Source: Spizellomyces punctatus DAOM BR117
Taxonomy: Eukaryota
Strand: one strand, 5' to 3'
Assembly (NCBI GenBank): GCA_000182565.2
Contig: KQ257453.1
DNA length: 64,000 nucleotides
This document shows, in pieces, positions 43,668-60,713 of this stretch (positions within the stretch are counted from its first letter, which is position 1; each line of letters opens with the position of its first letter). Position numbers and translations under genes: made by a program. The notes under the pieces were generated by a model, which was not told where the DNA came from, ran no database searches, and was given only the letters and a program-made list of their open reading frames with translations.

Positions 43668-46600
43668 TCATTCCCAGCGTGAACGCCTACGCCGACTGTC
43701 ATCTTCATCCCCTCCGTGGTCGTGGCGGTCATCTTGCCTTTCCCCATCATCTTCTCGCCTGGTGTCTCGCCCATCTGTATCCGGAGAGTACTGCCGTTTT
43801 CTCGGCACCATCCCGCCCGGCGGCCCATTCCATCCAGGTGGCGGCCCCCACGCTGGCCTTGCCCCAGGACCACCATGATACATACCCGGTCCGCGACCCC
43901 AGTGTGGTGGCGGTCCGCCTCCAGGACGCATACCATGTGGTCCTGCTGGAGGCATTCCATATCCGGGTCCATAGTTTGGAGGAGGGTGTTGATAGGGCCA
44001 GTCGTACGATCGACGGGGATGTTGTCCAGATTCTCCACCACCATCGCTAGGACCGTTCGCCTCGCGATCTTCTGAAGTATGCTTCGCCTCGTTTGTGGAA
44101 TTGACTTCTTCGGTATCGTCTCCGCCGCCCAATACAACGATATGCTCTTCGCCTCGATCTTGAGTTTGCCGGTTACGCCACCGTTCATCATCACGCTCGT
44201 CATACTGGCGATCTGTGACAACCATGATCTCTGTCCCTCGTCCTGATGGGGACATCTGTGGGTATTGATGGTGCGGTGGTCGGGGCATTCCCATGGCCAT
44301 ATTGGGAAAGGGCGGCTGGAGACCAGCTGGCACACCGTCCCGGTTACCCATCCAAGGTGTTTGCTGCATTTGCTGCATACCCGGTTGCACAAATGGGCGT
44401 GCCATGTGAGGAGTGCTTTGGTTAAAGCCTCCTCGGTCTCGCTGTTGCTGAGCCGCCACGAATCCAGGCGCAAACGGGATCTGACCGCTCGCATACTTTC
44501 CCTTGCACACATCCCCCTTTTGAGGCCAGCCAAAATCGGGTTCTTCTACCACCATTCCACCCTCGATAGGTCCTCCACCACGTGTGGATTGTGAGATTGT
44601 CCGCTTCTCGGTGTCTGTCATGCGCGCCAAAGGGAACAATGTTTCTCCGGTGGTATAGTCAAAAAATTCTTTGGGACCATATCCACATCCCCAACCCATC
44701 TGCAGCATTTCCGTTCTTTTAGCAAATCATGAAAAATAATATTAGAAAAATTGATAATCACCTTAAGCATTGTACCATTATACTGGTACTTATGAAACCG
44801 ATCTTTGACCAGGTCCGCCTCGGCGCGGGTCAGAAGTTTAACAAATGCATTGAATTTAGGATAGTTTACCTGCCAAAATCATCGTGAGTTTTATGTGTCC
44901 CTCAGAGGTCCAGATCGGTAACCTACTGTTACAGTATCGACACGCGCTATAGTTTCGAAGAGGTCTCGAACATTTTCCTTTGTAATATTGGGGGTGATGC
45001 CCCCTACATATACGGTTCGTGTCAGAACTGAAAATAAAGGTTAGCGGGTTAGCACTATTCCTCGGTCCGCGCTGCGTGCTTCAAATCATTTTACTTTTCA
45101 TAAACTCCTTTGGTAGTGAAGGATCTACAAATCCTGGCAAACAGTCTCCCGGCCGAGCTGGTACTGCACCTTGTGCAGCCGCCTGCGTCCAAGGTGAAAC
45201 TGGCTGTGCTCCTTCTCGATCGCTACCCACTACTGGAATTGGTCGACCGATAGGGGCCAACGACTTGCCATCGTTCTGCATTCGCCCTTCTAACGAAGGA
45301 TGCTGTGCATATTGATGCAGCATGGATTGCTGAGACTGTGGGGGGCCTCCTCCAGCCCGGTTCGGAAAGTTGGAGCTTTCAGAGCCCATTGATCCGAGAT
45401 TTGTTTGGCCTTGCCCCATTGGATTCTGGTGCTGTGCAGCGTGCGTGGATTGGCTTCCCCATGGCGTTGAAGATACCGCATCTCTGATCGACCCACTTGG
45501 GAAACTTGCAGGTTGGTGTGTGGCGGTGACGTTGGATTGTGCACTAATTTAGTGAGAAGGTTGTCGATTCGATGCAAGCGGGCAGATGCCAGGAGGAAAT
45601 AATGGTATATGGGGAAAAGAGAAGAGAGATATTGATGATTAGAAAAAGGACACGATTCCAAGACGTTCGCAAAAGATATACTAGCGATGTAATAGAACAG
45701 TTTATTAAGCCAAACACAATTACAACGCAGAATATAGTTACGGTCATGCCTGTTCATATAGGTATCCGCTTTCTACATAGACTGCAGGTACCATGTCTCA
45801 CGGAAGACCATTATATCATTGCGGCAACGTATAAACCGATGACCGCATACAGCCTCGCTTTCAACAGCACGCGCAAGTGTATCAAAAAACAGACACAAAA
45901 CACTACTTACGTTCCAACTCCAGAACTCGTCACTTTCTTGACGTCCTCTTCATCACCATAATCGAAGTCATTCGGATTGGCTGATTGGCCAATCGATGTT
46001 GAAGCCGCACTTACGTGTTGTTTTGTAATACTATTATCAGCAATGTCTCCTGACGATGAATTTAGGCTTGGGGTCGCCTGTAACGAAGCAGTCAATGAGC
46101 CCACTACTGGATTGTTGGATACCATGGGAAGTCCCGCTAAAAGCAGCTGGGCAATAGCTGCTTGTTGGCTTTGTACAGAAGGCTGCTGTGGAAGGGCGGC
46201 CTGGTTTTGAAGCAAAGGCAATAACGAAGCAACGTCCAGATTACCACCTAAGCCGGGGACCGCTGACTGCCCCAAAGCACCAAGTGCGCCCAACAAAGAT
46301 GTAGCATCTAACCCTGCTGAAGGTAGTCCAGCCGGCTGCTGTGGGGCCGACGTTGCTTCTGGCCCTCCTATCGACCCATTGTTCAAGCGTGGATCTGTGC
46401 CGATGATACCAGTTCCATTATTTGAATTATTGGATACTCGAGGATCGCCCAATCCAGCGGATGCGATGACCGTAGGACCTTACCAGCGAACAAGTTATAC
46501 AATTAAAAATCTGAGTGTTTCCGACATAATTCCCTATCACCGTACGACCGATAAACACTACATTCAGCCAATACTCTACCTGGTGCCTCCGCATGTCCTT

Positions 46601-47300
46601 CCGTGAAATACTGCTTTTCCAAAGCAGTGACTTGTTCCACATTGAAAAGTCCAGATCTTTTCCACAGTCCTACAGTTCGTTTGACACGATCCTGCCAGGT
46701 TTATAAGATGAGATAATGCCACAAGAGCACTGGCATGCATTCACATACCTTGTCTTTTGGTGGGGCCTGAAGGAGATGAGGAATAAAGGTATCCAGCTTC
46801 TCCTCAAATCGCGCTATATAGACTTTTCCATCCTCGGGATGCTTTGCGGCAGCACGTGCAATGGAGTCGATGGTGTAAAGACCAGCCAGTTTTAGCTCTG
46901 GCGGACATTTCTGAATGAATTTTTCGATGCTATAAACAATGTTCTTGTAGTTCTGCGCAAAGGGCAAAGGATATGTTAGGGGCGCTCCCGACAAGTACAT
47001 AGGAAACAACCATCTTATGCAAGCAACGGCGCCTGTTTCACAAGGCTAGAGTCAAAGCATGCGACGGATCATCTCCATCCCTTTCCAGCAAAACTTTATG
47101 AGCGGAATCGCAGCTTTTTCCAGCACTTGGGACAAACATTTTGCCCGCTTCCAGTACCGTCATGTATCCAGCCATCTCACCTTTGCGTGCTTGATGGCAA
47201 GTTTTGTCAAAGAACTGATCTTTGACGCCGAAACGGGTAACTTTGTCTCGTATAGCGAGTGAAGCTCCTTGTCAAACTCAAGGGTATCCCGGAGGGACAT
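43668..47300 (-). CDS. SEB1: Seb1/Nrd1-type CID + RRM Pol II termination factor
   Basis: CID (PVSASKISSLT...KCPPELKLAGLYTIDSIAR), RRM (RTVYVGG, AFVKL), and MGWGCGYGPKEFFDYTTG...RGG...GMVVEEPD characteristic of Nrd1/Seb1. Pro/Gly/Arg-rich tail. Confidence 0.9.
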
Positions 47301-47570
47301 GGCGATGAGCGCTCAAACGTTGGTGGATCCAAAGTCTCGATGAGCAACGCTAAAAAGATTTCGATGGGATCGCCTTCCCGTTTCTCAAAGCCCCCCTTTG
47401 AGTCTTTTAGAAACCTTGTTGCTAAGCATTATCACGTGAAATGACTCATCAAGCAGCGAGCGCTTCACGAGCACCTTTTTGAGTTTGGGCCATCTTCAGC
47501 CTGGCGTGCTTCATCACACGCCAGTTCCTCCGCGAGATTCATTTTGGCAGAGGAAAAAAGTACTTTCGTT

Positions 47571-50500
47571 ATGCTGTCAGGACGACGGCCAAGTCTGCAG
47601 GTCTCTACTTCTGGTACTGGCGCTATCGAAGCTCTCCTTTCTTCGCAAGGTAAACAAACGATCTGCACGGGTGTCATTTGGTTGGGAGAGTTTACGGTGG
47701 TGGAAGTTCTTTGGTACTCATTTTTCATTGGCCTCTATTAGACTACAAAGAGTTCTCTAGCCATGGGTTTGACGCAACTCAGTATGCCAATCGCGTCATT
47801 CAGGCACCTGCAGATAGCCCATTTCACGGAATGGATATTGCCACGGCGTTGGCAAAGCTGAATTTTGGCATTGAGCATCTGAACAAGCATATCCATGATC
47901 AGGTAAGATTGAGAATGGGTGGAATGTAGTATCTAGCAGCGCATTTTGTTTATCAGCCTGTGAAAATGAATCCTCTTCTGTCCATTCCAGGTTGCAAGTC
48001 ACTATGAAGATCTATTGCAACAGGTCACGGGCTTATCGCACATTGAGGAGGTTTTGTCAACTGTCAAGAGCGGACTGGGCTCTCTAAATGCATCTTTTGA
48101 AAGGTACTCCGGCAAGTATGCGAAAAACACGGTTGGACAAGCGGCTCACTGTCGGCCTTGAGGCCACATTACTTAGAGTACGCGAGAAGATAGTAGATCC
48201 ATATCAGCAGATGAGAGATAAGAGTGTGCAATTGGACCGGATACAACGAACAGCCGAGGTGCTGCGTCGCATAATACGCTTTATGTACTTGCTACGCCGG
48301 CTCGAATTGTTAATGCCTGGAGGGGAGCGGGAACTACCAAAGGCGGCTCTTACCGTTAGTGAAATGGGTAAGCTCATTACAATGCCGACGCTAGTTCACA
48401 AGAGACTAGTATCTGACGATATTCTGCGCTAGATGCCATTATAGCCGATGAGGACCTTCACGGTATTGCCATTATCGAGTCAGAAAGTGATCTTGTAACT
48501 CAGGCGAAGGAGCGAATTACCACCGAAGGGGAACAGTTACTACTGCGCGGGTTGTCTGCACAGGTGCGTGGATGGTCGTCTAACGTGTGTTGACATTGTC
48601 GTACTGATTTTATTGGTAGACCGCAGATATAGCAACAGGTCTTCAAGTTTTCTTTAACTTGGGACAGCTCGCATCGAAGACTCGACAGCTTGTAGAGCAA
48701 ATGTTACAGAGCATTACTAAGGACATTCAAGCGGCGCTGGACGTCGTCAAGTTGAACAAAGAAATTAAAGGTACATCCGGTAATCCGAATAAGCGGACAA
48801 ACTTTAGACATGGCCTAATTATGCTATCTGTAGAGGCGTCCCTGGCCGGTGACTCTGCACGCCGTCCTGGCGACACCCCTTTTTTGAGTTCATCCGCATC
48901 CGCAAGCAATGGGCTATGGAGCAGACTGGAACGTCTGATGGACAGCATCTTCGAAAATGCTAATAAAGTAAAACATTCCTTGCAGAAACGTGCCTCCGCT
49001 ATGGATCTGTTCTGATTAACATATGTGCCAGATATACCAACTTGAGAAAGTGCTTGGACGGAAGCGTGACCCTGTAACGCATGTCCTTTTCTTGGACGAG
49101 GTCAACAAAGTACGACTGCTGGATATCGGACTTCATATTTTTGAGTCATGTTACACTGACACCGCTATTATTAGGGAATCAACGGAGACTTGCTCGATTA
49201 TTTCTGGAAGGGGCTATCAGCCTCTTTAGAACGCGAAATTCGTCTTGCCACAAAAGGTGCGCGAGCGAGAAGGAATCATACTCATTTCAAATACATCAAG
49301 CGCTTACTGTGGTGGATCTTCAGCGTCACAATTTCTTCTCCACGCCTTTCAAACCGGTTACCCCCGGCTCTTGCGGCTAGTGCATAACGTCTTCACACGG
49401 CTTTCTGTTGTCAGCGGGATTGATTACAGTGACGAGACGCAAAGGTATAGGAGATCACTAAACATGTCCGCGATGCCTCTAGCTTATTCACTTCCTCTTC
49501 CTTGTTGTTTGCAAGGCCAGACAGTCTTTTAATTCTTCGAACTTTATCTCCATTCGAAGGGGCATACCTATCCCGGTCTCTTTCACGACTTCTTGAACCT
49601 GTCAATACAGCATTTCCTGAAAGGCCTGGGCCTGGCGTGAGACCGGTTCCTAGTCGAGATGACGTGGACAAAATCATAAGAGCGTTGAGCAGGTCCGTTC
49701 GTTGGGTAAAATTGATACCAAGTACAGACCAGTAATCATTCCATTTGTCAAGAATAGTGAGATGGAGGTAGCGAAATTCGATGCACACCTGGTAAAGGCT
49801 GTATCAAAGAATGGCAATAAAGCTATAAGAATGTATGCTGTCAAGTGCGAGCAGTTGGTAGGTTGACCACGCATTGCAGATTTTCCATCTCTTTCATTTT
49901 CTTTTTAAATAATGTCTTTGCTAGTATGGTGCAGAAGCACATGTACAGTTCAGTGGAACCGGTCCGGCCTCACAGTCCCAAGCTCTTGTCATTGAGATTA
50001 TCAACTCGTTGTGGTGGATGCAGCAGAGCCTCTTGCGTCTTCTGGAAGAGTTTGAAAAGGGAGCCAGTGACGATCCTTTGAGCGACGCCGCCCAGGTGAA
50101 GTCCCTTGTCGTTGCGCCAAACGGGCAAGGTTGTTGACTCATTATTGCATCTCACCAGGGCTTATCCAAAACGCTGCAGAATATCGTGGAACGAAGTTTC
50201 AATCAGATTACTCGAGATATGGAAAATGTGCTCATGAAGATACATAGGGAAGATTTTGCGAGGTTGGTGGCATCAAATTACCTTACATCTTACTAGGCCT
50301 AACAATTGCGGTGCATGTAGTCGACACGCGTCGCCTTCACGGGGACCTGTGGAATCATCCACAAGTCAGTACGTGGTAGAGTTTGCCACTAGAATTCGAT
50401 GGCTTCATCGAGAGCTCCTGTCAAAATTGCAGTGTGGCAAGGATTCACGCGAGTGGTATGCAAGTGCCATACAGAAACAGTATTATTAATCGCAATACCC

Positions 50501-51092
50501 ACTAATATGACATGTAAAAAAAGGATTCGGGCACTTGGACAGCGTGTCGTCGACTTTTTCCTCCGCCATGCTAGCTTAATACGACCCAGTAATGAAGTCA
50601 TTGGACGATTATTGGCTGGAGACATGACCCAATTAGAGTTTGTTCTGAGCCAGTGGTTCGGAGCAATGGGAATGAAGCTGGAGCGAGATCTAGGTGATAG
50701 CTACAGGGCTCTGCGGACGTTCAGGTTTGTTTTGGGCCTTGTGGTTGTGAACATACTATTTCTTAACGCATGCGGATATCAGACATTTGCCTTTTCTGGA
50801 TCTCGATCAAGTACGGGATTTGTCTCGAAGCCAAACACTGCCACCTCTTATTTTGCTCCAGCACCTACTTGCCCGCTCACATCCATCCATACCCTCTCCC
50901 ATGCTCCTGTACGGCTGGAGTGCAACACAATACAGTGAATGGCTAGATCTTCATTCTACCCAAGAAGCCATGCAACTACTAGATCGATGCTTGGATAGTT
51001 ATGCAGACGAAATGAAGCGCAGGGGAGACAGATCATTATGCCCTGAGTTCAATGCTGCAAAAGAGATAGTGAAGCAGAACACAAAGAAATAG
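47571..51092 (+). CDS. COG5: Conserved oligomeric Golgi complex subunit 5
   Basis: FDATQYAN..IATALAKLNFGIEHL, LEKVLGRKRDPVTHVLFLDEV, GYPRLLRL, FEGAYLSRSLSRL, FFLRHASLIRP..GRLLAGDMTQLE and YRALRTFR. Confidence 0.92.
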
Positions 51093-51116
51093 ACATTGGG
51101 CGGGTGTGTTGTATTT

Positions 51117-52850
51117 TTACATGCCAATGACCACCTTTCTCAAAAATCTCCATACGAAGTTTAGTAGAATGCTACCACCGTTGGATGGCGCTATGCCTTG
51201 GACTCTGGAGGCAATGTCCAAGTTGTCCCTATTCCGAGGTGTTTCAACCAGTGTGTTCGCATCATTCCCAGGATGATGCATCTCCGGTGGTTTTACAGCT
51301 GACGGTTGGGGGAGCGTAAAATATGTAGCAATTTCATCGTCTCCCATGCCACTTGAATGATCCGACTCAATCTCGCTGAGGTACAGTTTAAGTGGTTTCC
51401 CTGGCTGCACCAGCCCGCAATTGTCCTTGATACGGTTCTTTGGATGTTTTTTGGGACGAGGGCTGCCATTCTCTACGTCCGTACGCATCATTTCATCAAC
51501 TTGATCATAAATCCGGTCGTGCGCTGATGTCAATTCCGAAGGTTTAGGATGGACATCATGAGACTTTACCGTACTCGGCAATAAAAGCTCTTTAAATGGG
51601 TTGACTGGAGGTACCAATTTTTCGTAAGTGCGGCACCGCTTTCCGCCACCGGCACTTTGGCCAGCTCTTGTGGGAGTGAGCTTCCCGGCCATCTCCCCTA
51701 ATACCGTTGCATAGTTCACTCGTATCTCCTCTAGTTGCGCTTTCAACTGTTCGACGAGAACTTCCTGCTGGTTGCAAATGTCTCGACAGATCACACCATC
51801 TTCAGCTTTTTCTTCTAGCTGAGCTACTTTCGCCTGCAATTGACGCAATTCCTTCGAGGCGGCTTGAAGCCGCCCCTCGACTTTCTGTCTTGCAGTTGCC
51901 TCCCTCGCCTTCTCCTCCTCCGCCTCCTGAACCCGCAATAATAAGGAATCTAGTATTTCTCGTTCTTCCATCTCCACCGAAAACTTCTCCTTTTTATCCT
52001 CTAGCCATTGAAGTCTTAGCCGTTTCTTCTCAGCTCTTAAAGAATCCACTTCCTCGCACAGCAAAAATAGTTCATTTCTGATGTCTTCCATTTGAGCAGC
52101 ATGAGCATTACTCTCCTTTTCCCGATTTTGTTTGGCAATTTTAACCTGGCTGAGAAGGGAAGTAACTTGAGCCTGAAGCTCCGCATTGCTTCGTTCTAAA
52201 GATTCGATGTATTCTGATACATCAATGCTAATGCTACTGCTTGGGCTCGTGAGGCGTGGAGTAGATACTTTTGAGGCAGAAAAACATCTCCTGTTTGTTC
52301 TCGGTAACGGTGATGGCGATCTGCGTGATATGGGTGTATTGACCGACTTGCTTGACTGGCGAGAAGGTGACCAAAAGTCCGGGTATCCAACTGTTTTTCG
52401 TCGCTCCGGTGATTCAAGTCGGCTATGTGCTGTCGCCTCCTCGGCTGCACTTGCGCAATCAGCAAACTTTGGCTTGCGTGGGGTATAATAGACTTTGTTG
52501 AATGCTTTGGCTGGCGACGAGAAAACGGGTGGATGCGGCACGGCGGAGGCCGCAGAACACTGACTACATAATCTGCTCACAACGGCTTCATAGCTTTCCT
52601 TTAGCTCAGTATTGGCTTGTAAAAGGTGCTGGCCAACTTGAGCAGCAATTGTTAAATCTGCAGCGTGCAGAAAAACTGATCAAGATGGACGTTAGTTGAC
52701 AGCAAACAAATCTTGTCTTATCCTACCGCGTTCTTTCTCTTCCAACAACGCTAGACACGCCTGTAGTTGGCTACGGGCATCTTCTTCGGTCGCCCAAGCG
52801 CACTCAGCGCTTTGCGATTCCAAACATGTTGCGCGTGGGCAGGAAGACAT
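51117..52850 (-). CDS. Coiled-coil protein with N-terminal CC1-box (HAP1/TRAK/BICD-like motor adaptor motif)
   Basis: Exon 52850-52727 plus intron 52726-52658 (GTAGGA..CTAAC..CAG) extends ORF 51117-52580 and gives LLEEKERDLTIAAQVGQHLLQAN. Long central coiled coil. Confidence 0.75.
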
Positions 52851-52910
52851 ACCGCGCGCTGCATGGTCAATTCAATTGGAAGCGAGATCATTGAACTCAA
52901 CTGTAATCTA

Positions 52911-57430
<4,520 letters not shown>

Positions 57431-58133
57431 GCTGCAATCTTGTGCAAATCGAGCGCTGGAAAACCAGCGGTTATGAGCGCGGATAGGCCATGGCCCAGTC
57501 TCATTTAACCCGATTTGGATGTAATGTTCAGAATTCAACTCCATCTTGAGCTCATCTTCAGTTTTTATCTTGGAGGATATCGAGCAGATTCATATGGCTT
57601 GACTTGGAATATCCAACAGTAAAAATGACATTTGTCACTACAGAAAGCACTGAAGTAAAGAGTTGGGACAAGAGCTGGCTGAAAGTTGTTTGTGTACTAG
57701 ATAGATATTCCTTGCGTACCACCGCAAACAAAGATCGAATTGCTTCCTGGGCAATAGCACCAGATATCCCTTTTTAAGAGATCCCTTTTAAGAGACTATT
57801 TTCATACAAGAGGGTCGTCGATCAAACTAGCCACGACGAGCGCACACAACGAAAGAACGCTTGTTTTATCACGCCAGTACTTGTAGATCATGTGTGGTCA
57901 AGCATTTACATGCACTTTCCTTCCACCTGTCGTTGCTGTAAAGTTGAATGGCTTTCCCGTTGGGTCTTTCCATGCGAGAAGGAGGAGAAGAAGGCCTCCA
58001 TTTCCTTTTCATTGCGTACTCAAAAGGAGAATTGGAGATGGTTTCATGAGTGAGTTTTGCGTTTCCATGGATGCCCAACCTTGGTCGTTGTGAGTCAGTT
58101 GCGTGAACTCGAGTCCGCTGCGAACGAACAACC

Positions 58134-59270
58134 ATGCTCGCTACACCACTTTCAAGTTTCTTCCTTGCCGTAAGTCGTTACACTATTTGCGTTCGGCGAG
58201 CGTTGCGACGAGACATGTTCGTTTTGGATAGGCTCGATAACAAGCTTCTTTCTCTCAGCTCCTCAGCATCCAAACACGTTTTGTGCAAGCCGCAGAACAA
58301 AACAGTAATGAGCACATACGTAAGAAGCTCGAGATCGTTTCTGACTGCTGCCACTTGTCTGATGGGAATGTTTTCATAAGGGTGGACACGAGGGGAAATG
58401 GTACCCGTCGAGTGTCCTGTTTTAACAGAGAATGGTACAACGACTTCAATGTGGGGACCAGCCCCGACATGCATAGAGGTGACAGACTGCTCCGCTTGAA
58501 CAGAAAATGTAACAAGTCAAACTAATCTTGCACTAATATTTAGTCTGCCGAAGAGTTTGCTATCCCATTCGCCGTCGATGCGAATTATCAATGCTCTTGG
58601 GTCTTGGATGGTCCATTTTACCAGTTTTTGCGGAACGCAATTGAAGGAAAAGGTAACAGTCCTCTCGTAGCTAAAGTGCTTCAGGTTATTATGTTGTGAG
58701 CCACTTTGTTCACATGAACTTTGTATATCTGGTACAGCTCCGTTTATGTGTCGGGTGCCATTAAGCAAAGACAAGACGTACTACATGCCGTTGACAATAT
58801 CACTGTGGGGAGCTCTGGAGCCGGCCCATCTTCATGTCATGAATCACATCAACTTTGTTTTCCATGTAGTTGATGGTTTCTTTTTGGGAGGGTCCGCCTA
58901 TGCATGTATGTGACACCTTTCTTTTGCATATCGATTGTGGTTGAATGCTTATATCTATGCAGTGCGGGATCATTACGTGATGGGAGCAGAAGGCGGAGCG
59001 TTGACCACTCATGGTCCTCTAAGATGGTTTGTTGGACACACATTCGACCTTCATCCGGATGGTGCGCAACAGCCTGCGGAGCAGGCACAACAGCAGGCTG
59101 TTGTGAAACCTGCAAACTCAATCCCTCGAGCGTCCGACGTAATAAAGAGCGTTGAACGGGATCTGGTACTGATATGGGCGGCTATTACCGCTCCTTTGGT
59201 GGCAGGTATCTTGGTGATCCTTTACCTCAGATATGGGAAGCAGGCCATTCAGGTCAAAAAGCAAAAGTAG
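58134..59270 (+). CDS. Uncharacterised type I membrane protein (signal peptide, Cys-containing lumenal domain, C-terminal TM)
   Basis: Spliceable exons give MLATPLSSFFLA-LLSIQTRFVQA...VPVECP...PAPTCIE...APFMCRVPL...HLHVMNHINFVFH...GPLRWF...TM...QVKKQK. Confidence 0.65.
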
Positions 59271-59374
59271 CTGGACAATTAACAGACGAGTAAGGATCTG
59301 TACAAGATTTATTGCTTCAGAAAATAGATAATCTATTGTTATATTATTGTATGATACATATCGAGATGCATTGG

Positions 59375-60520
59375 TTATTTCACGAAGCGGAGATAACCTA
59401 TGGAAAAGAAATCGGCAGTAAGCATAAAGTTCTAACACAAGCGCGCTGGCGCCCGTGTGTTGGACGCACCCATGTGGGGCTTTTTATTTCTTTAAAGTGA
59501 GCAACATACTGAAGAATAAGGCTCCGGCCGCGCAAAAAAGAGCTGAAAATCAACAAATGTCAATGTACGTTTGGTGCGTACGATACGAATCACTGTCACT
59601 TACGGAAAAGCGTTTTGAAAAGCTCCCATTGAATCGTTTCCATTTGAGTTCTTAATGTAGACACTTCGGTATCAATGCGAGAATCGGCTTCTTTGATCTT
59701 CAATTCTTGAGCAGACTGTTCATCACGGATCCGCCCCTTCTCTAGACTAAGCTCCAGGCGTACGTTTGACTGAACTCGTCGCAAATCCTCTATCATCCGC
59801 GTTCGGAACTTTTCCACTTCCGCGTTGAGACGACCGATGTCAGATCGGAGAAGGGCAAAGTCATTCTTCTCAAGCATCTGAATTTCATTTCGTACATGTG
59901 CGAAATCCACTTTGTTTATATACATAGCCTTAAAGTACAATTTGACAACCTTCAGGCGCGAGATTATACAAAGATACAGACAGATGCTTCGTACCTTTTC
60001 GAAATCCGACTTGGTAACAGAGGTCCGGCTAATATTATTTATGCTAACCATACGAGCGAGTCAGATACAGGGTGTTCTCACAGAGTGGCACCTCAGGGAA
60101 TCGCTATGACACCCACCTCTCCCCCACAACCTCGGACAAGCTTGCCATTATGGCCTCCGCGCTTTCCCGACTGAACCCATCGGCTTCCAATCTCTGCACA
60201 AGTTTATATGTATCGAATTGATGAAGTCCAGAATACGCTCGCCGCCCCAATTCGCCTGTTCCCCACGTTGGCGATACACCCGCGCCCCATGGTTTTGCAG
60301 AAGACCACAGAGAGTATAGTCGCATAGTAGATGCAAAACCGATAGAGCTGCTGCCACAGCAATAGGTATCTCGCAAATTTGGAAAGCTTCCTTGCAACCC
60401 TTTTCTCAATCGTGTTAGTGATGTAGCGGACTGTGCAGATGGGGAAGCTCACTCACAATGTGTCGCTCGTGTTCGCTTAGCCAGAGCCGCACATGTCGAT
60501 AATGTTGCAGCGGCAGCCAT
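59375..60520 (-). CDS. CCDC90/MCUR1 (DUF1640; yeast Fmp32-like) mitochondrial coiled-coil protein
   Basis: Presequence-like N-terminus, FDTYKLVQRLEADGFSRESAEAIM, KVDFAHVRNEIQ, LELSLEKGRIRDE, and a C-terminal TM ending SYLRFVK. Confidence 0.88.
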
Positions 60521-60713
60521 ATCCGTGGACTGTAAGGCGTTTACAGCCTAAAGGAGCCTGCAATGATTGGTTACTACAGCTTGACTACAACTTGGAATAG
60601 TGTTCAATGGATGAAGTGATTTCGACCGGCGTTGGCTACAGTTGACAACCGCCGCGGCTCCGATCGCGATTCTTTTGGATTGAATGCATTCCAAGTCAAG
60701 ATGGAACTAACGT

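Noticed and set aside
43607..44594. Long alternative-frame and antisense ORFs over the SEB1 3' exon (also over RPS4, HDAC, TBCD and 37016-37765)
   Set aside because: Shadow ORFs from GC-rich or biased codons of the real genes; no recognisable motifs.
57766..57795. Tandem ATCCCTTTT(T)AAGAG duplication
   Set aside because: Two-copy slippage duplication with no further structure.
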